Source: an uncultured Candidatus Binatia bacterium
GTDB lineage: Bacteria > Desulfobacterota > Binatia > Bin18
Assembly: GCA_965214605.1 (NCBI GenBank)
Contig: OZ243961.1
Coordinates: 3,776,001 to 3,840,000, forward strand
DNA: 64,000 nucleotides
Direction of reading: 5' to 3'
Part shown: one piece after another, positions 55,003 through 63,999 of the stretch
Position numbering within the stretch: the first letter of the stretch is position 1
Layout: every line of letters begins with the position of its first letter
Program-made: the position numbers and the translations under genes
The notes under the pieces: model-generated
Told to the model about the DNA's origin: nothing
The model's input: only the letters and a program-made list of their open reading frames with translations
Databases searched by the model: none

Positions 55003-55091
55003 GATCAAGACCTCCTTCTTCAGTTGATCTGTGCACTACACTTACCCTATAGGGACAGACTTGTCCACAAGCAGGAATCAGACTACCCGGA

Positions 55092-55119
55092 ACATTATGC
55101 ATTTCGATCGAAAAGTCAA
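55092..55119 (-). promoter_or_regulatory. Putative sigma70 promoter of the pqq operon with a palindrome in the spacer
   Basis: Minus strand TTGACT-16 bp-TAATGT; spacer contains the perfect palindrome TTTCGATCGAAA (55102-55113). Confidence 0.5.
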
Positions 55120-55218
55120 GCTGCAAAGACAAAGCTGACAAGGGGACCTCTACGGCCGGCTCGGTATTTCTGGTAGACTGTCACCCGAGCGTCACTACTA
55201 CATCAGGACTGAGCGCCG

Positions 55219-55560
55219 ATGAATATCCAGATTTTTGGTCTTAAAAAATGTGCCGAAACCCGTAAAGCCCAGCGTTTTTTCAAGGAACGCAGGATTCGTT
55301 TTCAGTTCGTCGATCTGGCCGACAAGGGTCTGTCAAAAGGCGAGCTGCGCTCGGTTGCGACCAGCGTCCCGCTTGACCAACTCCTGAACCGTTCCAGCAA
55401 GCACTTTGTTGACCGGGGGTTGACCCACGCCTGGCTTGATTCCAGACGGATTGAGACCGCGCTGCTCGAAGACCCCCTGCTGTTCAACACCCCGGTCGTG
55501 CGCAACGGCAAACAGGCGACGGTGGGTTATTGTCCGCAGGTCTGGAAGAGTTGGGAGTAA
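55219..55560 (+). CDS. ArsC/Spx-family (YffB-like) protein
   Basis: IFGLKKCAETRKA, LSKGEL, PLLFNTPVV, ATVGY. Confidence 0.85.
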   Translation: MNIQIFGLKKCAETRKAQRFFKERRIRFQFVDLADKGLSKGELRSVATSVPLDQLLNRSSKHFVDRGLTHAWLDSRRIETALLEDPLLFNTPVVRNGKQATVGYCPQVWKSWE

Positions 55561-55580
55561 GCACGGAGACCCAGCTCTCT

Positions 55581-55592
55581 GGGGGGGGGGGG
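55581..55592 (+). repeat. Poly-G homopolymer (G12)
   Basis: 12 consecutive G in the intergenic region upstream of the PQQ dehydrogenase. Confidence 0.85.
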
Positions 55593-55741
55593 ACGCGGGC
55601 TACAAACCGCCTGTGAGAGCGCCTTTGCCTTGATCCTGTGCAGAAAAGCCAGTAGGCTACCGGCTGGCTCTCTGGCTCTGTTGACAAAAATTCGGCCATC
55701 AACACGGGCAGTGCCGTCTGTCCGGCCATAATGGGGGAAAT

Positions 55742-57448
55742 ATGCGACCTTGGCCAACCCTACTCATCAGTTATCTGCTGCTGATACCGCTGGCTATTCA
55801 TGCTGCTGATGCCACGCCTGACGACGCTGCCTCTGACCTGAAACCAGTCACCCAAGAACGGTTGCTGACCGGCACGGCCGAGTATCGTGACTGGCTGATG
55901 TATGGCGGCAACTACGACAACATCCGCTTTAGCCCCCTGACTGACATTGACCGCCAGAACGTCAAAAAACTCAGCCCTGCCTGGGTCTTCCAGACCGGAA
56001 TTCCGTACCAGTTTCAAGCCGCCCCAATTGTGGCCGATGGGGTGATGTACGTCTCGGCCGCCTACAACCACGTCTATGCGCTTGATGCCAAGACGGGCGA
56101 GCTAATGTGGAGATACGATCACAAAATGCCGAGCGATGCCCGCATTTGCTGTGGTCCGGGCAACCGTGGTCTGGCGATTGCGAACGACACCCTCTACATG
56201 GGCACCTTGGATGCCCGTCTGGTTGCTCTGGACCGCAGGACGGGCGAGGTGGTGTGGAATGTAGCAATTGAAAAACATCACCGGGGCTATAGCAGCACCG
56301 CAGCACCGCTGGTGGTCAAAGATCTGGTTATTGTCGGTATTGCGGGCGGCGACTATGGCGTGCGGGGGTTTTTGGATGCCTATGACGCCAAGACCGGCGA
56401 ACGGCGCTGGCGACGCTACACGATTCCAGGTGAGGGAGAGCCGGGCAACGAGACCTGGGCCGGTGACTCGTGGAAGAGCGGTGGCGGTGCGACCTGGGTA
56501 ACCGGTTCCTATGATTCGGACCAGAATATCCTGTATTGGGGGGCTGGCAACCCCGGTCCTGACTGGAACGGTGACGTGCGGGAGGGCGATAACCTGTATT
56601 CCAGCTCAGTGCTGGCGCTCAGTCCCGAGACCGGCCAGATTAAATGGCACTTTCAGTACACCCCCCACGATATTTGGGATTACGACGGCAATACCGGACT
56701 GCTGTTAGTCGATGTCAAACGGGGTGGTAAAACGGTCAAAGCGATCGTTCAGCCCAATCGCAACGGCTATCTGTATGTGCTCGACCGAGCCACCGGAGAA
56801 TACCTACACGCCACCAAGTATGTCGATCAGCTGAACTGGGCCAAGGGTCTGGACGAGAAGGGCCGTCCGATTGTTGATCCCCGCTATGTTCCAACCCCAG
56901 AGCCACAAGAGTTTATCTGTCCGGGCGCGGCTGGCGGCCAAAACGGATCGGTGACCGCCGCCTATAGTCCGCTGACGGAGCTGCTGTATGTGCCGGTGAT
57001 TGAGAGCTGTATGGAGATGCGCAAAGCGGCCGCTATCTTTGTCCAGGGGATTCCCTACTGGGGCGGCGGGCCGGGAGCAACCCAGGGCGATGACGGCTCA
57101 TCGTACGGCCACCTGTCTGCTATCGATCCCTCGACCGGCGTGATCAAATGGCAGTACAAAGACGACTATCCCTTGGTCGGTGGAACGTTGGCAACGGCCG
57201 GTAGTCTGGTCTTTACCGGGAATCAGGCCGGTTATGTCATGGCCTTTGACGCGAGGACTGGCGAGCTGTTATGGCGGTTCCAGACCGGCTCGGGAGTGCG
57301 GGGGCAGCCGGTGACCTACAAGCTTGACGGGCGGCAGTATGTGGCCGTGCCGAGCGGTGGCGGCGGATTGGCCACAACGCTCCTTGGAAAGCCGGAGCGG
57401 GTCAATCAGGGCAGCGCGCTGGTGGTGTTTGCCCTGCCGGAGTCGTAG
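55742..57448 (+). CDS. PQQ-dependent alcohol dehydrogenase (methanol/ethanol family), lanthanide-type motif
   Basis: Signal peptide, WLMYGG, RFSPL, vicinal CC (ICCGPGNRG), GNPGPDW, TPHDIWDYDG, GRQYVAV. Confidence 0.9.
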   Translation: MRPWPTLLISYLLLIPLAIHAADATPDDAASDLKPVTQERLLTGTAEYRDWLMYGGNYDNIRFSPLTDIDRQNVKKLSPAWVFQTGIPYQFQAAPIVADGVMYVSAAYNHVYALDAKTGELMWRYDHKMPSDARICCGPGNRGLAIANDTLYMGTLDARLVALDRRTGEVVWNVAIEKHHRGYSSTAAPLVVKDLVIVGIAGGDYGVRGFLDAYDAKTGERRWRRYTIPGEGEPGNETWAGDSWKSGGGATWVTGSYDSDQNILYWGAGNPGPDWNGDVREGDNLYSSSVLALSPETGQIKWHFQYTPHDIWDYDGNTGLLLVDVKRGGKTVKAIVQPNRNGYLYVLDRATGEYLHATKYVDQLNWAKGLDEKGRPIVDPRYVPTPEPQEFICPGAAGGQNGSVTAAYSPLTELLYVPVIESCMEMRKAAAIFVQGIPYWGGGPGATQGDDGSSYGHLSAIDPSTGVIKWQYKDDYPLVGGTLATAGSLVFTGNQAGYVMAFDARTGELLWRFQTGSGVRGQPVTYKLDGRQYVAVPSGGGGLATTLLGKPERVNQGSALVVFALPES

Positions 57449-58668
57449 TTCTGTCGGTTGTCAGCCGCACCAAAGACCCGGACGAAGCTCAAAAAGGCCA
57501 GAGCATAGCTGCCAAAAAAGCCAGTCAGCAGACACAGCTCCAAGACGCCCAAGGGTAGGCTGGTGGGCTTCCACAGGGATGGAACGACGAGTACATAGCG
57601 CTCCAGCCACATGCCCAGCCCAACTGCAAGCCCCAAGCCGGCGAGGGCTGTTGGCCGTTGCTTAACGCGTCGGCTGAGAAGGACCGGAAACGGAATCAAA
57701 AAGTTGAGCGTCAGGACGACTAGGCTGACCGCTGCCCACGGTTGGTAGGCTAGCCGCCGCAGCACAAAACCCGTTTCTTCTGGAAGGTTGGCGTACCAAA
57801 TCGGCAGATAATGGCACCAGAACAGATATGTCCACAGGATGCAAAAGCCAAAAATCAGCTTGCCCAGGTCGTGGGACTCGGCGGCCGTGGGCAAGTCTTG
57901 GAGGCCAAGCTTGTGTGCCCCGACCGTCCCAATCATGATGACAGCGAGTCCGACATAGATGTTGCCGACACAAAAGAAAGCGCCAAACAACGTGCTGATC
58001 CAGTGCGGGTCGAGCGACATCACTAGATCAAAGCCAATCAGGCTGAACAGTACCGCATACAGCAGAAGAAAGACCGGTGAGAGAAGCCCTAGGACCCGCT
58101 GGCTGCGGGCCTGCTCGGTCTTTGCGTCACGCCAATCGCGACGTAGCATTGCGAGGACGGTCGCGGACCAGCGATTAGTCTGGGCAGGAAGACGGTCGGC
58201 CCGGGGACGCAGCGAGTAGTACACAAAGATGAGACCCAGCGTGTACAGGACGGCCAGGGCGCAAAAATCACGGAAAAAGACAAAGCCCATATTCAGCCAG
58301 ATCTGTTTGGCTTTGATCGGTTCGTGTAGCCATGGGAACAGATAGGCCGCGCCAAACATCAGGAAGAAAAACAGACCGAAGGAAATCGGTAGCCAGGCAG
58401 CCATGGCCTCGGCCAGGCCGCGTAGAGAGCCGGCCCATTGGGCGTTGACCAAGTGTAAGATTGCGGCAAACGTAATACCGCTCAGAGCCACCCCCGACCA
58501 GAATAACCAGTTGACCAAATACGCCTGCCAGGCGCGCTGGGGGCTTATCCATATTCCAAGCCCAAAAGCCAACACGCCCAGGCCGACACAGGCCCATAAC
58601 AGCACGCCTAGCCGGGCGGACTGGAGGGAACTGGCAAACCCGGAGCGAGGTGTGGCTGGCCTAATCAT
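57406..58668 (-). CDS. actF: Alternative complex III subunit F (NrfD-like)
   Basis: About 10 TM; DLVMSLDPHWISTLFG, HDLGKL, IWYANLPEET. Confidence 0.88.
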   Translation of the reverse strand: MIRPATPRSGFASSLQSARLGVLLWACVGLGVLAFGLGIWISPQRAWQAYLVNWLFWSGVALSGITFAAILHLVNAQWAGSLRGLAEAMAAWLPISFGLFFFLMFGAAYLFPWLHEPIKAKQIWLNMGFVFFRDFCALAVLYTLGLIFVYYSLRPRADRLPAQTNRWSATVLAMLRRDWRDAKTEQARSQRVLGLLSPVFLLLYAVLFSLIGFDLVMSLDPHWISTLFGAFFCVGNIYVGLAVIMIGTVGAHKLGLQDLPTAAESHDLGKLIFGFCILWTYLFWCHYLPIWYANLPEETGFVLRRLAYQPWAAVSLVVLTLNFLIPFPVLLSRRVKQRPTALAGLGLAVGLGMWLERYVLVVPSLWKPTSLPLGVLELCLLTGFFGSYALAFLSFVRVFGAADNRQNYDSGRANTTSALP

Positions 58669-59213
58669 TGTTCCTGCAGATGGCGGAGGTAATTCACGAT
58701 ATCCCAGCGCTCTTTGATTGACAGCGCGTGGCCATAGCTGGGCATAATGATACCTCCGCTGCGGATCGTCGCATAGATGTAGCCGTCTTTTTGGCGTTTA
58801 ATGCGCGCGGCGTGAAGGTCTGACGACGGAATGCCTCTGCCAACAACCGGGCCATCGCCTCTGCCGTAGGGGCCATGACACGCCGTGCAGTAGATCTGAA
58901 ACAGAGTCTTGCCGCTGGCCAGGGACTCCGCTGAGGTCGGACCTGGGTTTCTAAGACGGAGCCCGGCTCTGATCCGCGCCGACATCCGCGCGGACATGGG
59001 TGGCTCAATCCCAGTCGCCGGGACGGTGTGAGGCGGTGGAGGCTGTGGGGCTGTACCGACCGCGAGTTCAGGCTGGCCGTACATGTCGGTGTTCCACGGC
59101 AGGCTATGGCCGTGCTGAGCGGCCAGGACCACCGCCGTTCCGACTAGCAGGCAAAACAGCCCCCGTTTCGCCCCGTTGGAGCACGAGGACCGGGGGTTAC
59201 ACACCTTGGCCAT
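58665..59213 (-). CDS. actE: Alternative complex III monoheme cytochrome c subunit E
   Basis: DMYGQP, CTACHG heme motif, MPSY, RWDIVNYLRHLQ. Confidence 0.85.
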   Translation of the reverse strand: MAKVCNPRSSCSNGAKRGLFCLLVGTAVVLAAQHGHSLPWNTDMYGQPELAVGTAPQPPPPHTVPATGIEPPMSARMSARIRAGLRLRNPGPTSAESLASGKTLFQIYCTACHGPYGRGDGPVVGRGIPSSDLHAARIKRQKDGYIYATIRSGGIIMPSYGHALSIKERWDIVNYLRHLQEQ

Positions 59214-61068
59214 ACACGTCTAGTGCTCCACTCGCAGTGAGGCTATCCTTGACCGCCGTCAGCTGTGAGCCTGTACAGGCCACAAACACCCCAAAGTGGT
59301 CTTCTGAAAAACGTGGGTCTTGACTAATTTCGACCGAGCGTGCGGGCAGGCGGGCGTGCAGCAACAGACCGAACAGGGTCGCCAGAGCACCGAACAGGAT
59401 GGTCATTTCAAAGCCGATAATGGCAAAAGACGGCAGGCCAATAATCGGTTTGCCGCCAGTCTGTAACGGCCAGTCTAGAGCCGTATAGATTGGCAGACCA
59501 AAACCTACACAAGCCCCCAACAGTCCGCCGGCGAGGGTAAAATATCGGATCGGGCTAGTGGACGAGCCAAACGCGCGTTGGATTTCGGGTACGGGAAAGG
59601 GCGATACCACGCTGAGTTGGGCATAGCCGCGCTGGCGGAGATGTTTGACGGCTGCAAGCAGGCTATCGAGCTGAGAAAAAATGCCTACCGCTCCGGTGCT
59701 GTGTCCGGTGAGTACTGGAGCCGTGGGCGCCTCCCCGTCCGGGCGAGTCGGCGAGAGATCCGCTGAAGGCAAGTGCTCTTTGACCTCGACTAGTGAGACC
59801 AGCGGCAGAAACTTGATGAACAGCAGGAACCACAGGAAAAACCAGGCAAAGCTGCCAACGGTAATCCCGACCTCGACCCACGACGGCTGGTACAAGCCCC
59901 AGGTCGACGGATTAAACTCGTGGGCCAGAGACGAGACAATAATAACAAAGCGTTCCAGCCACATCCCGACGTTAATCAGCAGCGAAATACCGAACAGCCA
60001 CAGCGTATGGGTCCGAATTGAGCGCACCCACAGCAGCATTGGCACCACGCAGTTACAGAAGACCATCAGCCAAAAGAGGTGGCGGTAATCGCCAAACGCC
60101 CGATACCAGAAGATTTCACGCTCAAACGGATTCCCGCTATACCAAGCAATGAAGATCTCGCTAACATAGGCGTAGCTGAGAATCAGCGAGGTGAGAATGA
60201 TCATTTTGCCCAGATTATCGAAGTGGGTCGAGGTAATATATGCTTCGAGGCCAAAGATCCGCCGTAGCGGAATCAGTAGCGTCAGAACCATGGCCAGACC
60301 TGAGAAAATCGCTCCGGCCACAAAGTAGGGAGCAAAAATTGTGCTGTGCCAGCCCGGTACCAGAGCCATGGCAAAGTCCCAAGACACCACGCTGTGAACC
60401 GAGACGACAAGCGGTGTGGCCAGAGCGGCAAAAAAACCGTAAGCGCTGAGATAGTGCAGCCACTGGCGGTTCGTGCCCTGCCATCCCAAGGACAGGAGAC
60501 CGTAGATTGTGCGCAGCCGCCCGCGGGCTCGGTCGCGGGCGGCTGCCAGATCAGGAATGAGGCCGATGTACCAGAACATCGTGCTGACCGCAAAGTAGGT
60601 GCTAATCGCAAAGGCATCCCAGACCAACGGAGACTGAAAATTAACCCACAGCTGACGCTGGTTCGGATAGGGGAGCAGCCAGTAAAAGTTCCACGCCCGG
60701 CCCAGGTGGATAATTGGAAACAGGGCGGCGGTCATTACCGCAAAAATCGTCATCGCTTCCGCACTCCGGGCGATAGACGTGCGCCAGCGGGCCCGAAACA
60801 GAAATAAGACCGCCGAGATCAGGGTTCCGGAGTGGGCAATGCCGACCCAGAACACAAAATTCGTGATATACACGCCCCAGCTTACCGGGTGGCTCAAACC
60901 CGTCACTCCCAGTCCAGCCTCAATCTGGTATCCCCAGCAGTACAGGCCAAAGGCCAAGACCGCCAGATCGCAGACCAACAGGATCAACCAGGTCTTGGCT
61001 GGGGCTGAGAAGGCCTGGCTGAGAAGGTCGCGGTTGACCTGGCGATAGCTGAGTGTCGTAGTTTCCAT
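59197..61068 (-). CDS. actC: Fused alternative complex III subunits C (NrfD) and D (DUF3341)
   Basis: WGVYITNFVFWVGIAHSGTLIS, HLGR, LVVSVHS, GMWLERF; then linker and SPFPV, GGKP, FEMTILFG, DPRFSEDHF (ActD) in one ORF. Confidence 0.88.
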   Translation of the reverse strand: METTTLSYRQVNRDLLSQAFSAPAKTWLILLVCDLAVLAFGLYCWGYQIEAGLGVTGLSHPVSWGVYITNFVFWVGIAHSGTLISAVLFLFRARWRTSIARSAEAMTIFAVMTAALFPIIHLGRAWNFYWLLPYPNQRQLWVNFQSPLVWDAFAISTYFAVSTMFWYIGLIPDLAAARDRARGRLRTIYGLLSLGWQGTNRQWLHYLSAYGFFAALATPLVVSVHSVVSWDFAMALVPGWHSTIFAPYFVAGAIFSGLAMVLTLLIPLRRIFGLEAYITSTHFDNLGKMIILTSLILSYAYVSEIFIAWYSGNPFEREIFWYRAFGDYRHLFWLMVFCNCVVPMLLWVRSIRTHTLWLFGISLLINVGMWLERFVIIVSSLAHEFNPSTWGLYQPSWVEVGITVGSFAWFFLWFLLFIKFLPLVSLVEVKEHLPSADLSPTRPDGEAPTAPVLTGHSTGAVGIFSQLDSLLAAVKHLRQRGYAQLSVVSPFPVPEIQRAFGSSTSPIRYFTLAGGLLGACVGFGLPIYTALDWPLQTGGKPIIGLPSFAIIGFEMTILFGALATLFGLLLHARLPARSVEISQDPRFSEDHFGVFVACTGSQLTAVKDSLTASGALDVYGQGV

Positions 61069-61092
61069 GCCGCAGGGGTGAGCCGCCAGCCT

Positions 61093-63999
61093 TTAGCTGC
61101 CTCTGCGCTTGACGACTCTTTTGAGGTAGGTCACCGCCGGTTTGGTGTTGAGGTGCTCCAAGATGGTGTAGGCGCGTAGGTCTTGGTGGTGCTGGGAGAC
61201 GACGCTATGGGGGTCTTCCAGGTTACCAAAACGAATCGCCTGGGTTGGGCACGTCTGGGCACAGGCTGGGGTGATCTCGCCGTCCCGGACCGGACGGTTT
61301 TCGTCTTTGGCCCGATCTTTGCCCTCCTGAATCCGCTGGACGCAGAAGGTGCACTTCTCCATCACCCCAGCTTCTCGTACGGTGACATCGGGGTTAAGCT
61401 GAAGGTGGAGCGGTTCGGGCCACTCGGCCTGCGACCAGTTGAAACGGCGTACCTTATAGGGACAGTTGTTCGAGCAGTAGCGGGTGCCGACGCACCGGTT
61501 GTAGATCTGGGCGTTTAGGCCCTCCGGACTATGATAGGTGGCGTACACCGGGCAGACTGGCTCGCATGGGGCGTTGCCGCACTGCTGACACAACATGGGG
61601 GCAAAGGCCACCGTCGGGGCATCGGGGTCCCAGTGCTGGGGGGAAGTATCCGTAAAATAGCGCTCAATCCGCAGCCAGGCCATCTCACGACCCTGGGCTA
61701 CCGATTCCTTGCCGACCGTCGGGATATTGTTCTCGGCGTAACACGCCGTCACACACGCCCCGCACCCGATACAGGCCGATAGGTCGACCGTCATGCCCCA
61801 GCGGTATTGTTCGTACTCCAATTCAGGGTACATGTCGTACCCACTGTGTCCGTTATGGTAGCCATCGCCGGACGGTGCGCCGGGGCCGGTGTTGGACTGC
61901 TCGGCCAGCGCGGCCGCTGTGACGGATTGGGCTATACCACGCCCGATCTGGGTGTGACTGCCTGTCGTGGTGACGAGGGGCTCACGGCGTCCGGCCCGCG
62001 CGACTTGCACCCGGGTCGAGAACCAGGCCAACCCCCCATCCTTGGCGTCGGCCGGCAACAGGTGAATCGGGTTGGCACCGCGTCCGGTCGCATAGCGACC
62101 GTAGCTGGTATGGCCCTGGCCAACCGGCATGGCCAGCAGGTCCGACTGCATGTGGGGGTACAGGTGGGCCGGGGCTTCAAGCATGCCGTGATCCGAGCGC
62201 AGGATCAGCACGTCGCCGTCCTGGATGCCAAGCCGAGCCGCGGTCTGGGGATGGACATCGATCCAAGAGTCCCACACCACCTTGGTTATTGGATCGGGCA
62301 GCTCCTGCAGCCAAGGTTTGTTTGCTCCCCGCCCGTCAAAATAGCGTGAGGACGGATACAGCATAAGGGGCAGGGAGGAGTCTTGAGGACCGGACAGTTC
62401 CGGCACCTCAAACGTCTGATCGTAGACGGCTGCCGACAGTTCGACTGTTATCGGTCGGGTCGCTTCCCAGTAGCCTCCGCGCTGCACGGCCTCCCGCCAA
62501 AAGGTGTCAAAATCCGGCTCTGTCTCGGGTACGGCCCGGTGGTAAATCGTCTTCCATGAGTCCTGGAGACACTCAAAGAAGTTGTTCCAGGGCAGGGGAG
62601 CTTGGTTGGGGACCTCTTCGTTGGGTTCCGGCGCTGCGTGTGTCCGAGTTGGGGCCGCTTGAGACAGTTGGGCAGCAACCGAGAGCAAGACATCACCCAT
62701 TGGCCGGGTGTCAAAAACCGGGGCCATAACCGGCTGCATCAAGGCGTGAACACCAGGACGCGGACTGCTATCGCCCCAGCTCTCCAGCGGGCTGTGGTCG
62801 GGCAGCACGAGGTCGGCACGCTTGGTCGTCTCATCAAGGAAGGACGAGAAGCTGACGATAAAAGGGACCTGTTCAAGGGCCTTGGCAAATCCGCTGGCCT
62901 GGGGCGTGCTAAAGACCGGGTTGGTATGAGCCAACAGCAGGAGCGGGACATAGCCGTCCTGCATTGCTGTGATAAGCGATTGGAGCGAGGTATAGGGATG
63001 CACCTGCCTTGGTCTGTGGTCGGCTTCAAACTGAACGGTCTGACCAATATTACCGGCCACGTAGTTCAGCACTAGGACGGCCACCTGACTTGCCGTCGCC
63101 TGTCGTGAGCTTGTCGCCACTCCACTCCCAATCGCCAGGCTTGGCCGCCGAGTCGCAAAATCGTGGGCTAGGTTTTCAATTCGCCAGGTCGGCACCCTTG
63201 TCAGCTCGGCGACCCGCTGCAACGAGTAGGGGGCCAGCAGGGCGCTAAATTTTTGCACTTCCGACGCTGACAGTGTATTGGAGAGCTTTTTGTCAACAAT
63301 GATTCGGGCCATACCGAGAGCCACAAACGCCTCTCTGCCGGCTTGAATACTGATCCACGTATCAGCGTTCGCACCGGTTTGCGACAACCGCGGTTCGACC
63401 TGAACAAAGCGGCCGGCCCCGCTTCGCATTTTGCCAAACGCCTTGGCGTAGGCGACCGGGGAGCGCCACGTCTCCAGAAAGTCTGCGCCAAAGCCGACCA
63501 GAAACCTGGCCTTGTCTATCGCATAGCTGGGTGTGGGATGATTAAAACAAATCTCACTTGCCTCGTGCAGCGACTCATAGGCAAACGGTTCATAGATGAC
63601 CATCCGCTGCGAGCCAAGTCTGCCTAACCATTGATTCACCAAGTGCTGCAGACTGTCGCCGAGCTGGCTGGCCAGAAACGCCGTCTGAGCCAGCTGGCCT
63701 TGGGCGCGGAGGGTCCGGAGTTTGTCTACCAGGGTCTGTTGGGCATCGTGCCACGAAATCGCCCGCAGGGTTCCAGCCGCGTCTCGGGCTAGCGGTTGGC
63801 GGATCCGGTCTGGATTATACAGTCCTTGTAGCGCCGCCTGGCCCCGGGCACACAAGGCGCCGGCGTTGACCGGCTGAGATGGGTTGCCCTCGGCTTTGAC
63901 CGCCCGGCCCTCGCGGGTGCGGACTAGCATGCCGCAGCCGGCTGGACATTCTCGACAGGTAGTGGCGTAGTAGCTGGCAACTCCGGGGACGATGTCCTC
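61093..63999 (-). CDS. actB: Alternative complex III subunit B (molybdopterin-oxidoreductase fold plus Fe-S domain); 5'-truncated by the window edge
   Basis: PGVASYYAT, EGNP, GADFL, NKPWLQELPDPITK; Fe-S motifs CIGCGAC, CQQC, CVGTRYC, CTFC; frame open to the window edge. Confidence 0.9.
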   Translation of the reverse strand, partial: EDIVPGVASYYATTCRECPAGCGMLVRTREGRAVKAEGNPSQPVNAGALCARGQAALQGLYNPDRIRQPLARDAAGTLRAISWHDAQQTLVDKLRTLRAQGQLAQTAFLASQLGDSLQHLVNQWLGRLGSQRMVIYEPFAYESLHEASEICFNHPTPSYAIDKARFLVGFGADFLETWRSPVAYAKAFGKMRSGAGRFVQVEPRLSQTGANADTWISIQAGREAFVALGMARIIVDKKLSNTLSASEVQKFSALLAPYSLQRVAELTRVPTWRIENLAHDFATRRPSLAIGSGVATSSRQATASQVAVLVLNYVAGNIGQTVQFEADHRPRQVHPYTSLQSLITAMQDGYVPLLLLAHTNPVFSTPQASGFAKALEQVPFIVSFSSFLDETTKRADLVLPDHSPLESWGDSSPRPGVHALMQPVMAPVFDTRPMGDVLLSVAAQLSQAAPTRTHAAPEPNEEVPNQAPLPWNNFFECLQDSWKTIYHRAVPETEPDFDTFWREAVQRGGYWEATRPITVELSAAVYDQTFEVPELSGPQDSSLPLMLYPSSRYFDGRGANKPWLQELPDPITKVVWDSWIDVHPQTAARLGIQDGDVLILRSDHGMLEAPAHLYPHMQSDLLAMPVGQGHTSYGRYATGRGANPIHLLPADAKDGGLAWFSTRVQVARAGRREPLVTTTGSHTQIGRGIAQSVTAAALAEQSNTGPGAPSGDGYHNGHSGYDMYPELEYEQYRWGMTVDLSACIGCGACVTACYAENNIPTVGKESVAQGREMAWLRIERYFTDTSPQHWDPDAPTVAFAPMLCQQCGNAPCEPVCPVYATYHSPEGLNAQIYNRCVGTRYCSNNCPYKVRRFNWSQAEWPEPLHLQLNPDVTVREAGVMEKCTFCVQRIQEGKDRAKDENRPVRDGEITPACAQTCPTQAIRFGNLEDPHSVVSQHHQDLRAYTILEHLNTKPAVTYLKRVVKRRGS

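Noticed and set aside
55061-55069. DnaA box-like TTGTCCACA
   Set aside because: Single mismatched copy with no cluster or origin context.
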